Source of the DNA: Candidatus Saccharimonadota bacterium | GTDB taxonomy: Bacteria; Patescibacteriota; Saccharimonadia; Saccharimonadales; UBA10212 | Direction: 5' to 3' | Length of the DNA stretch: 64,000 bases | Assembly (NCBI GenBank): GCA_016187125.1 | Contig: JACPKF010000001.1 | Span: 102,931-166,930, forward strand | In this document: positions 8,099 to 16,465 of the stretch, piece by piece | How positions within the stretch are numbered: position 1 is the stretch's first letter | How the letters are laid out: each line of letters starts with the position of its first letter | The notes under the pieces: generated by a model | Seen by the model: only the letters and a program-made list of their open reading frames with translations | The model's database searches: none | What the model was told of the DNA's origin: nothing | Position numbers and translations under genes: made by a program

Positions 8099-9295
8099 TT
8101 ATTCTCCATGTTCTTCGATGGCTTTTAGCAAGCTATCTTCCAAATCGGATTTCTTTTTCAGTTTTTGGACTACCGGTTTGCCCTCAACCTCTCCTTCGGG
8201 CTTTTGCTCGGTCTTCTGTTCAGAAGCTTCTTTAGATTCTTTAGAATGGGCGGAGCCTTTTTCGGAGTCAACATCCAACTCATAGCCCGTTAGTTTGCCG
8301 GCTAGGCGGACGTTCTGACCTGATTTACCAATCGCTATGCTCAGTTGATCTTCCGGAACGATTACGGTCGCTTTGGTAGATTTTGAATCAAGTTTGACGC
8401 TTGTAACATTGGCCGGCTTCATAGCATTGGCTACGTAGGTCGTCGGATCTTCATTCCAAACAATAATATCTATCATCTCCAGGCTGCCGATTTCATCACG
8501 CACGGCATTGATCCTGGTCCCATGACCGCCGACAAAAGTACCGACTGGATCAACTCCGGGAACAGTGCTGGCAACGGCAATCTTGCTTCTAACTCCCGCC
8601 TCCCTGGCAATATCTTTAATTTCTACAGCTCCCGAACTCATCTCTGGCACTTCGCCCCTAAACAACTGTTCAACGAATTCTTTGCAACCTCGGCTGACAA
8701 TTAGCTGAGGCCCACGGAAATTCTTTTCTACATCTTTAAGATAAAATTTAAGACGCTGTCCAGGATAGTATCTTTCGCCCTGAATTTGTTCGCTGGTAGG
8801 CATAATGCCCTGGGCTCGGCCCAATTCGACTCTTATGACGCGACCTTCAACTCGGTTAACTACGCCATTGACTAGAGTGCCGATTTTGTCTTCGTATTCG
8901 GCCAGGACAATTTCACGTTCCGCCTCTCGGAGACGCTGCAGGATCACTTGCTTGGCTGTTTGAGCGGCAACGCGGCCAAAATCCTCAACCTTTTGGACAA
9001 CCTCGATAGTTTCGCCGAGCTTGGCGTTTTTTTTCATTGCCTGGGCTTCACTAAAGTTAATTTGACTACGCTCGTCTTCCACTGTTTGAACGATTTCTTT
9101 GGTGACATAAGCTGTAACTTCGCCGGTGTTTAAGTTCATTACCACGCGGACTTCTTGCTCGCGCTCGCCGTAATCACGCCGCCAAGCAGCGGCCAAGGCC
9201 TGTTGAACTATGTCTTGCACTTGCTCTTCCGGCAGATTTTTCTCTTCGGCTATTACCCGGATTGCCTGAGCCAGTTGTTTAAAATCCATTTCCAC
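8099..9295 (-). CDS. nusA: Transcription termination/antitermination factor NusA
   Basis: NusA N-terminal domain (AIRVIAEEKNLPEEQV), S1 and two KH regions (IAIGKSGQNVRLA), charged C-terminal tail. Confidence 0.93.
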   Translation of the reverse strand: MEMDFKQLAQAIRVIAEEKNLPEEQVQDIVQQALAAAWRRDYGEREQEVRVVMNLNTGEVTAYVTKEIVQTVEDERSQINFSEAQAMKKNAKLGETIEVVQKVEDFGRVAAQTAKQVILQRLREAEREIVLAEYEDKIGTLVNGVVNRVEGRVIRVELGRAQGIMPTSEQIQGERYYPGQRLKFYLKDVEKNFRGPQLIVSRGCKEFVEQLFRGEVPEMSSGAVEIKDIAREAGVRSKIAVASTVPGVDPVGTFVGGHGTRINAVRDEIGSLEMIDIIVWNEDPTTYVANAMKPANVTSVKLDSKSTKATVIVPEDQLSIAIGKSGQNVRLAGKLTGYELDVDSEKGSAHSKESKEASEQKTEQKPEGEVEGKPVVQKLKKKSDLEDSLLKAIEEHGE

Positions 9296-9360
9296 GAGTC
9301 ACTCCATTCCATTTAGCATTTACTGATTTACCCTTCGACAAGCTCAGGGTCAATTTCGGC

Positions 9361-12057
9361 ATGCCGAAATTGAAAAATCCGACCTGCCGGCCGGACTACT
9401 ACACCTTGGAGTTTATCCTGCTTCGCTTAAAAATGCAAGTTGGTCCGGAATCCCTATCTGATAGAATAGATGGAATGACAAAGCAAGTTAGACGTCTTTA
9501 TAAATATTTCCGGCCCCAAAATTATAAATTAGAGCTCCAGCCTGATGGGGACAAGATGACCTTTTCTGGCCGGGTTGTTATCATCGGTAAGAAAACCGGC
9601 CCTCCGTCTAAACGTCTAACTTTTCATCAAAGTAACTTAAAAATATCTAGCGCCGAAATTACAAAATTTGACAAAAAAGGCTTACGAGAATTTAGTATTT
9701 CGCGAATTAACACTCACCAAAAATTCAACGAACTCCGTCTTCATACCAGCGATCTGCTGTACGGCGGTCATTACAAAATCGAGGTAAGTTTCTCGGGTAA
9801 AATAACCGATCAGATGCACGGCCTGTACCCCTGCTATTTCGCTGGGCGAAAGAAAAAAATTATTGCTACCCAGTTTGAAAGCCACCATGCCCGCGAAGTC
9901 TTTCCATGCATTGATGAACCGCAGGCTAAGGCCACTTTTGATTTATGCCTAACAACTCCCAAAGGTGAAACGGTACTGGCAAATACTCCAATCAAAGAGC
10001 AAAGAACAATGAACAATGAACAAATAACAACGTTCGAAACGACGCCCATTATGAGTTCGTACCTGCTAGCCTTTGTCTATGGCGAGCTTGTCTACAAAGA
10101 AGCCAAGACAAAAAATGGTATCGTCATCCGGTCTTACGCCACTCCCGGCAGCAAAAAATTACTGGATTTCTCAGTTGACATCGGTGCTAGATCTGTCGAT
10201 TTCTTCGAAGACTATTTTTACACACCATATCCCCTGACTAAACTGGATATGGTGGCGCTGCCGGAATTTTCTTCCGGCGCCATGGAAAACTGGGGCCTTA
10301 TAACTTACCGCGAGAGTATTTTGTTGGTAGATCCTAAAAAAACCAGTATTGAATCCAAGCAACTTACAGCTTTGGTCGTAACTCATGAAATAGCCCATAT
10401 GTGGTTCGGCAATTTAGTAACCATGGAGTGGTGGGATGACCTATGGCTCAATGAGAGCTTTGCCAACGTCATGGAATACCGAGCAGTAGATGCGCTGTTC
10501 CCAGAGTGGAGAATTTGGGAGCAGTTTATTAACACCGAAATGCATGCTGCCATGGCGCGCGATAGTCTGCCCAACGTCCAAGCCGTGCGCTGCAAGGTTA
10601 ACCACCCAGACGAAATCGGCCCGTTATTTGATCCGGCCATCGTCTATGCTAAAGGTGGCAACATCTTGAGTATGATGCGTCATATGATAGGCGAAGAAAA
10701 TTTTCGCCAGGGACTCAAAGATTATTTCCAACGCTACGAGTACAGCAATACGGTAGCCGATGATTTATGGAAAAGCTTAGGCGAGGCTTCGGCATTAGAT
10801 GTCAATAACTTTATGCATCAATGGCTCAACTTCCCAGGCTTTCCGGTGGTTGATGTTAGATACACCCCCGGCAAAAAGAGTTTCACGGCTAGTCAAAAAA
10901 GATTATCTATTGGCAAAAGCAGCAATAGCAGGGACGTTTTATGGCCAATACCCCTAGCTACTGATACTTCGACAACTACTCCGCTGCTTAGGAAAAGCTC
11001 AGAGCAGTTCGATTTTGAAACCATTCCCGAAAATCCTATTTTTAACCGCGACGGACACAGTTACTACGTGCCTCACTACCTAGATCCTCAGCACTTTAGC
11101 GTTCTTTTGCATATGGTAGCCAAAAAAAAGTTGAGTCCTATTGACCGTTTGCAACTAGTTCAAAACTACAATCTGATGGAAAGAGCCGGCATTGTAAGCA
11201 CCATCGAAAATTTGGAACTTACCGGCGCCTATAAATCCGAAGATGACGAGGCGGTATGGAGTGCTATCGCTACCACACTTGCCAGTGCCCGGCGTTTAGT
11301 TAAAGGAGACGAGGCAGCTGAAGCCAATTTAAATAATTTTGTGGCTGGATTGGTTAAAGCCCTTGTCAAAAAAGTTGGCTGGAAGGCTAGGGCCGGCGAG
11401 TCGGCGCAGAGTTTGCGCCGGCGCAACTTAATATTAACCATTGGGGCCTCTGCCGAAATGCCCGAAATACTTAAAGAAGCCAAAAAACTCTTCGCTAAGT
11501 TTAACAAGCCCGTTGATCTGCCAGCCGATACCAGAAGCGTAGTTTACTATGTGGCGGCCCGCTTTGGCCCGCCGGCCGATTTTAAAAAACTACTTAAACT
11601 TTATAAATCAATTGATAATGCTGATGAAAAAGACGAAATAGCTTCGGCGCTCTGCTCTACAAGAGATTTAAATAACCTAAAACTACTGCTTAGTATGATA
11701 ACCACTGATGATGTAAGACTGCAAAATGTAATTTCTTGGTTCATCTGGCTGCTGCGAAACTACGAAGCCCGTCCCTTAACCTGGCAATGGCTGATTGACA
11801 ACTGGGCTTGGATTGACAAATATTTTGGTACCGATAAGTATTATGACTTCTTCCCGCGATCGGCCGCTAGTACTTTCTCTACGACTCAGGAATTATCGAT
11901 GTACAAAAAATTCTTTGGACCCAAAATAGTTATTAGAGCTCTGGAACGGACGATTAAACTGGGACTGGAAGAGATGGAAGGCCGTATCGAGTGGCGAGTT
12001 AAAAATGAACAGCCAGTTAAAAAGTGGCTTACCACCTATAAATCTGCCAGAAGTTAA
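9361..12057 (+). CDS. pepN: M1-family aminopeptidase N
   Basis: GAMEN motif (SSGAMENWG) and HEIAHMWFGNLVTMEWWDDLWLNESFA (HExxH-18-E). The real start is more likely the ATG at 9475 (MTKQVRRLYKYF). Confidence 0.92.
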   Translation: MPKLKNPTCRPDYYTLEFILLRLKMQVGPESLSDRIDGMTKQVRRLYKYFRPQNYKLELQPDGDKMTFSGRVVIIGKKTGPPSKRLTFHQSNLKISSAEITKFDKKGLREFSISRINTHQKFNELRLHTSDLLYGGHYKIEVSFSGKITDQMHGLYPCYFAGRKKKIIATQFESHHAREVFPCIDEPQAKATFDLCLTTPKGETVLANTPIKEQRTMNNEQITTFETTPIMSSYLLAFVYGELVYKEAKTKNGIVIRSYATPGSKKLLDFSVDIGARSVDFFEDYFYTPYPLTKLDMVALPEFSSGAMENWGLITYRESILLVDPKKTSIESKQLTALVVTHEIAHMWFGNLVTMEWWDDLWLNESFANVMEYRAVDALFPEWRIWEQFINTEMHAAMARDSLPNVQAVRCKVNHPDEIGPLFDPAIVYAKGGNILSMMRHMIGEENFRQGLKDYFQRYEYSNTVADDLWKSLGEASALDVNNFMHQWLNFPGFPVVDVRYTPGKKSFTASQKRLSIGKSSNSRDVLWPIPLATDTSTTTPLLRKSSEQFDFETIPENPIFNRDGHSYYVPHYLDPQHFSVLLHMVAKKKLSPIDRLQLVQNYNLMERAGIVSTIENLELTGAYKSEDDEAVWSAIATTLASARRLVKGDEAAEANLNNFVAGLVKALVKKVGWKARAGESAQSLRRRNLILTIGASAEMPEILKEAKKLFAKFNKPVDLPADTRSVVYYVAARFGPPADFKKLLKLYKSIDNADEKDEIASALCSTRDLNNLKLLLSMITTDDVRLQNVISWFIWLLRNYEARPLTWQWLIDNWAWIDKYFGTDKYYDFFPRSAASTFSTTQELSMYKKFFGPKIVIRALERTIKLGLEEMEGRIEWRVKNEQPVKKWLTTYKSARS

Positions 12058-12219
12058 AAGTTCCTATCCGCTCACTCTAGGTAACTGCTCACTACCTCCA
12101 AAACGGAGGTGAAATTTAGCAGGTTGCGGTAGGGTTAAAATTCGCTCAATCTGTTACAGAAAACTCAATTTTACACTTGTCGTGTAAAATAACAGATGTC
12201 AGAAGGCAGTGAGCAGTTA

Positions 12220-12561
12220 CTACTCCAGTTCAACAAGCTCGATATTGTCGTAGTTCAGACCAGAAACTTCGGCGCCTAATATCCGGCAGTCACCACTCCA
12301 GTTATTGTTTTGGCACCAAACCCGAACGGCAAATTTTATTTGATTGAGCTTGCGAGGCGTGATGTGTTCAAGACCGCTGCCCTGCTCGGTTCCGGTTCGG
12401 TATTTTACCTCGACAAAGTAAATAATGTCGTCTTTGCGGACCACGACATCAATCTCGCAGACCTTAGTTTTCCAATTTTGGGCTAGAATTTTATAAGCGT
12501 TTTGAGCCAAATACCTTGCAACTGCAGCTTCTGCACTTTGACCAATTGCGGTAGTTTTCAT
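12220..12561 (-). CDS. yraN: YraN-family (UPF0102) endonuclease-like protein
   Basis: GQSAEAAVARYL..CEIDVVVRKDDIIYFVEVKYR pattern. Start set to the ATG at 12561 (MKTTAIGQ). The ORF-track extension to 12576 (GSNG) is encoded by the terminal repeat of the adjacent element. Confidence 0.85.
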   Translation of the reverse strand: MKTTAIGQSAEAAVARYLAQNAYKILAQNWKTKVCEIDVVVRKDDIIYFVEVKYRTGTEQGSGLEHITPRKLNQIKFAVRVWCQNNNWSGDCRILGAEVSGLNYDNIELVELE

Positions 12562-12666
12562 CCCGTTAGAACCCACTTACCTTCCAGCCCTTGGCAAACT
12601 ATTGAACACCTGTTTTTTACTTCAACGTACAAATTATTTCCGTAGGTCTTCTGGGTTCTAACGGGA
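12561..12666. mobile_element. MITE-like palindromic element, copy A (long form)
   Basis: Perfect 14-bp TIRs TCCCGTTAGAACCC (12561-12574) and GGGTTCTAACGGGA (12653-12666). Flanking direct TTCA (12557-12560 and 12667-12670). Lies exactly between the rnhB stop and the yraN start. Confidence 0.75.
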
Positions 12667-12667
12667 T

Positions 12668-13225
12668 TCATGCCGTAGTTCTCAACGGTTTAAAACTTAG
12701 ACGATGGATAGCCGCTAAAGGCCCAAAATGCTGCAAGGCTAGCTTATGCTGAGGAGTACAGTAGCCAGCGTGATTTTCGAAGCCGTAATTAGCATATTTT
12801 TTAGCCAACTCAGTCATAAAATGGTCGCGTCTGACTTTGGCATAAATCGAGGCCGCGGAGACTAGCGGCAGAAGGGCGTCGGCATCAATCAGACATTCAA
12901 AATTTTTATAAATTTTAGAAAGATAGTTTACCGGTCCATCAATAATAATTTTTTCATGACGCTTAACACCAAGATTACGCAGCGCCCGGGCAACACCTAG
13001 TTGCATGGCGCCTGTTAATCCCTGCTGATCTATTTCAGCTGCCAAAACCCAGCCTTCGCCAAACTTACATTGCCTAACCAGTAGTTTAAATAAACTTTCC
13101 CGCTGGGCGCGAGTCAACAATTTAGAATCCTTGACATTTTTGGGCAAACTACCATTCTGCCGAACGGCCGCAACCAGTAATGGTCCGGCGATACAGCCCC
13201 TACCGACTTCGTCTATCCCAATCAT
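12668..13225 (-). CDS. rnhB: Ribonuclease HII
   Basis: MIGIDEVGRGCIAGPL (DEVGRG catalytic motif) and conserved C-terminal RHS-like region. Stop is the TGA at 12668-12670. Confidence 0.93.
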   Translation of the reverse strand: MIGIDEVGRGCIAGPLLVAAVRQNGSLPKNVKDSKLLTRAQRESLFKLLVRQCKFGEGWVLAAEIDQQGLTGAMQLGVARALRNLGVKRHEKIIIDGPVNYLSKIYKNFECLIDADALLPLVSAASIYAKVRRDHFMTELAKKYANYGFENHAGYCTPQHKLALQHFGPLAAIHRLSFKPLRTTA

Positions 13226-13365
13226 ACAAATTTAGTTTATCCAGCCTTCGTAGCCGTTGCAAATCGGAACAAATACCTACCGAGTCAGTTTGTTGATAGT
13301 CACTACGCAGGGACTACCGACTAGTTACTTCGGTGAAGTAGGCCTAAATTTGTAGTCGCTAGTTG

Positions 13366-13947
13366 CTAGTCGTCAGCTTTTTTATCGGTTTCTATTTTTG
13401 TCTCTTTTTGCTCAGCGTGTTCCGCTTCAGCTTTGGCTTGGTGTTTAGCTAACGCCGCTTCGGCTTTAGCTTCTTCTTTAGCTCTTTCTTGAGCCTCTTT
13501 AGTGGCCAGCTCGTCATGCTTAGCCAGAGCTTCTTCGTGAATTTTAGCCTCTTCGGCTTCAGCTGCTTCGTCTTGGATCTTATTCACCGCTTCTTTATCA
13601 AAGTCCAGACCAGCCATACGCGTACTTTTGCCGGTTAGACCTCGAATATAAGTTAAATAATTACGTCGAACTTTGCTGCGTTTTATAATTTCGATCTTAA
13701 GAATATTTGGCGAATGAATTAGGTAAGTTTTTTCAACGCCTACACCGCTGGCAATCCGACGAACGCTAAAGCTAGCCGTTAAGCTGTTTTTCCTACTAGT
13801 CCGAATTACAAGACCTTCAAATAACTGAATTCTTTCCTTGCCGCCCTCACGGATTTTTTGATGCACGCGGACGCTATCGCCGCTCTTTAGATCAACGACA
13901 GCTTTCTTCTTATATTTCTCCTCGACTCGTTGAATAACACTAGTCAT
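13366..13947 (-). CDS. rplS: 50S ribosomal protein L19 with about 80-aa Glu/Ala/Lys-rich C-terminal extension
   Basis: The L19 core (KSGDSVRVHQKIREGGKERIQLFEGLVI ... YIRGLTGKSTR) ends near residue 112. Residues 113-193 are a low-complexity EAK tail. Confidence 0.92.
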   Translation of the reverse strand: MTSVIQRVEEKYKKKAVVDLKSGDSVRVHQKIREGGKERIQLFEGLVIRTSRKNSLTASFSVRRIASGVGVEKTYLIHSPNILKIEIIKRSKVRRNYLTYIRGLTGKSTRMAGLDFDKEAVNKIQDEAAEAEEAKIHEEALAKHDELATKEAQERAKEEAKAEAALAKHQAKAEAEHAEQKETKIETDKKADD

Positions 13948-14143
13948 AAGTCCCGTAAATTCTACAGTAAAACACCTTAGAATGCAATGTTTAGCCGACT
14001 ACGCGATAAACCCCGCACTAATTTTTGATATTCCGAAGTAGTCCGCCAGCTGGCGGATATTCAACCTCTTCTACGTTCAGGAATTAGTAAAGGGGAAACT
14101 TGTTTGATTTACCCCACAACTCTGTACACCGCAGTAGTAAGAC

Positions 14144-15751
14144 TTAGCCTACTACACGGTAAACTTCCTCTAGGGTTGTGAGCCCGTCGAAGGCCTTGAG
14201 AAGACCGTCTTGCAATATCGTCCGCATGCCTTCTTCTACGGCTTTGGCTTGCAGCATGTCGGTAGTTACTTGGTTGGGCGGCAATTTCAATATAGCCTGG
14301 ACGCCGGGAGTCATTATCAGCTGCTCGCGCAGGGCCAGTTGTCCTTGGTAGCCAAAAGGGTTTTGATCTGATGTACCCGCTTTATAAAGTGTAATTTGGT
14401 TAATATCGGGCCGCTTAATATCTGCTGGGAGAGTATCTATAACGGTTTTAAGCTGCCGCTTCAAGGCATCATCAGGTCTATATGGTTGGCGAGTTGCCTC
14501 GTCTAAACGTCGCACCAGCCGTTGAGCCATCACCAGGCGCATAGCGCTAGTAAACAGAGGATTGATGCCTACCAAGTCGAGCATCCTGGTTAGCGCGGCC
14601 GCGGCGCTAGCGGCGTGAAAGCTAGACAATACCAAATGCCCGGTCAGCGCGCTTTGCAAGGCTGTTTTGGCCGTGTCTTGATCACGAATCTCACCAACCA
14701 TAACTACATCAGGATCTAGTCGCAGAACGGCCCGCAGTTTTTCGGCAAAGTTCTTGCCCTCCAGATGACCAACAACCGGAATCTGGACAACTCCCGGCAT
14801 GTTGTATTCCACCGGATCCTCCAAAGTAACAATCTTCCGTTCCGGGCCGTTAAGCGTATTGATAAGGGAGTAAAGCGTAGTTGTTTTGCCAGAACCGGTA
14901 GGACCAACAACTAACACCATGCCTGAAGGATGCTGAATAATATCGTCCACAACCCCCAGTTCCTGCGGCGATAGACCTAAGTTTTGGAGGTTGAAAAATT
15001 CTAGTCTTAGATTGAATAAGCGCATAACGATATCCATGCCATAAATCGTTGGCACGGTTTCAACTCGTAGATTTAAAGTTACCTTTTCGCCAGTGGCCAT
15101 CTGATAAGACCTACTGATATGACCGCTTTGGGCATCATCGGCATCGGTTGAAATATTAGCGGCGCTGGCCACTACCGCAATTAAGTGATGATATTTTTCA
15201 TGAGCCATAAAGGCTACCGGATGCAGTACACCGTCGACTCTAAAACGGACCCGGACATTTTCAAGCTGGCACTCTAAATGTATGTCGCTAGCCTTAAGAC
15301 TATAGGCCTGCTTGACTAAATACGCCAAGGTGTCATCTGGACGAACTTGCTGCAGAGTTGTACTAACGGCATCAACTATTTTGGCTTGCTCGGTAGTACC
15401 GCTCTTACTCAGAGCGATGTCCCGGTAGTGTACTTTTTTTGGTGGGTCATACAGCAGCATATAGTCCCTATATCCAGCTTCAGAAATGACCGAAAAGGTG
15501 GTCTTTTGGTCGGGAAAACGGGCTTCAAGTTTTTTGATGGTCTGCTGAGCCGTGGTGGTTGTGATCCCAAAATGAATGTGGTGCTCGTCGGCAAAAATCG
15601 GAACTACCCGCAATCGATATAGTTCGGCAACATTTAAAATGCTCTTATACAGCTGTTTTTGTAGCTTGCTAGTATCTACGTAATCAAAGCCGAGCACTAC
15701 GGCTCGGCGCTGGGCCACCAGTTCCTGGTCAGCGCGGGCATCTTGTGACAT
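14144..15751 (-). CDS. pilB: Type IV pilus / type II secretion family ATPase (PilB/GspE-like)
   Basis: T2SSE N-terminal domain, Walker A GPTGSGKTTT, Asp box and Walker B (VMVGEIRD), His box. ATG at 15751 is preferred over the TTG at 15769. Confidence 0.9.
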   Translation of the reverse strand: MSQDARADQELVAQRRAVVLGFDYVDTSKLQKQLYKSILNVAELYRLRVVPIFADEHHIHFGITTTTAQQTIKKLEARFPDQKTTFSVISEAGYRDYMLLYDPPKKVHYRDIALSKSGTTEQAKIVDAVSTTLQQVRPDDTLAYLVKQAYSLKASDIHLECQLENVRVRFRVDGVLHPVAFMAHEKYHHLIAVVASAANISTDADDAQSGHISRSYQMATGEKVTLNLRVETVPTIYGMDIVMRLFNLRLEFFNLQNLGLSPQELGVVDDIIQHPSGMVLVVGPTGSGKTTTLYSLINTLNGPERKIVTLEDPVEYNMPGVVQIPVVGHLEGKNFAEKLRAVLRLDPDVVMVGEIRDQDTAKTALQSALTGHLVLSSFHAASAAAALTRMLDLVGINPLFTSAMRLVMAQRLVRRLDEATRQPYRPDDALKRQLKTVIDTLPADIKRPDINQITLYKAGTSDQNPFGYQGQLALREQLIMTPGVQAILKLPPNQVTTDMLQAKAVEEGMRTILQDGLLKAFDGLTTLEEVYRVVG

Positions 15752-15769
15752 ACCACCATTAAAGCACAA

Positions 15770-15854
15770 GCTTTAACTAGTCGGAAAGTCGTAAGTCGGT
15801 CAAGTCCTTCGAGCTTTATGGACTTTAAGCTTTACGGACTTTAGACTGAAACCT
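15770..15854. repeat. Short-period imperfect palindrome in the pilB / spoU divergent spacer
   Basis: Arms agtcggaaagtcgtaagtcggtcaagtcc and ggactttaagctttacggactttagact are about 65-70% complementary and built from 7-8-nt repeats. Confidence 0.45.
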
Positions 15855-16355
15855 ATGCAAAGCATAGTTTTGGTTGTTCATAACGTCCGCTCCGCCCACA
15901 ATGTCGGTTCTATTTTACGCAGTGCCGACGGTTTTGGTCTGGACCATGTTTATTTAACTGGCTACAGCCCATACCCTGAAACTAAAAATGATACTCGTCT
16001 GCCGCATATGGTAAAACGGGCTACGCGCCAAATTAGCAAAACGGCTCTAGGAGCCGAAAATTCAGTTAAATGGACGCACTCCGAGAATGTTTTCCAGCTG
16101 ATTAACAAACTAAAGCTGGATTTCCTGGTAATCGCCTTAGAACAAACACCTAAGGCTAAACTCTTAACAGATTTCAAAACTTCGAATAATATAGCTTTGA
16201 TTGTGGGCAGTGAAGTCGAGGGGTTGGACCGGCAAATATTAGAGATTGTGGACTTGCATCTAAAGATTCCAATGCTCGGTCAAAAAGAATCTTTCAATGT
16301 GGCGGTTGCGGCAGCCATTGCCATGCACTATTTAAGAACGGCTGGCGCCTTATAA
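15855..16355 (+). CDS. SpoU/TrmH-family RNA 2'-O-methyltransferase
   Basis: VVHNVRSAHNVGSILRSADGFG ... LIVGSEVEGL ... IPMLGQKESFNVAVAAAIAM (SPOUT motifs 1-3). Confidence 0.88.
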   Translation: MQSIVLVVHNVRSAHNVGSILRSADGFGLDHVYLTGYSPYPETKNDTRLPHMVKRATRQISKTALGAENSVKWTHSENVFQLINKLKLDFLVIALEQTPKAKLLTDFKTSNNIALIVGSEVEGLDRQILEIVDLHLKIPMLGQKESFNVAVAAAIAMHYLRTAGAL

Positions 16356-16442
16356 GACACCCCTTCGGGGTTTCCTATCGCGCCGGGTGCGGAATAAATC
16401 CGACACTCGGGCTACCTTCCCGAGGATAGACAAAACACTTAT
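16356..16442 (+). repeat. Modular intergenic element R1, copy 2, bracketed by a 12-bp direct repeat
   Basis: GACACCCCTTCGGGGT hairpin, ATCGCGCCGG, gtgcggaataaatccgacac hairpin, TCGGGCTAC. GGCGCCTTATAA occurs at 16344-16355 (including the spoU stop) and again at 16443-16454. Confidence 0.8.
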
Positions 16443-16465
16443 GGCGCCTTATAATTAAACTGGAA

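Noticed and set aside
9361-9474. The upstream 38 codons of the pepN ORF.
   Set aside because: M1 aminopeptidase homology begins after the ATG at 9475. The upstream part overlaps a palindrome (aatttcggcatgccgaaatt) and a repeat unit in the nusA/pepN divergent promoter region. It is kept only as an alternative start.
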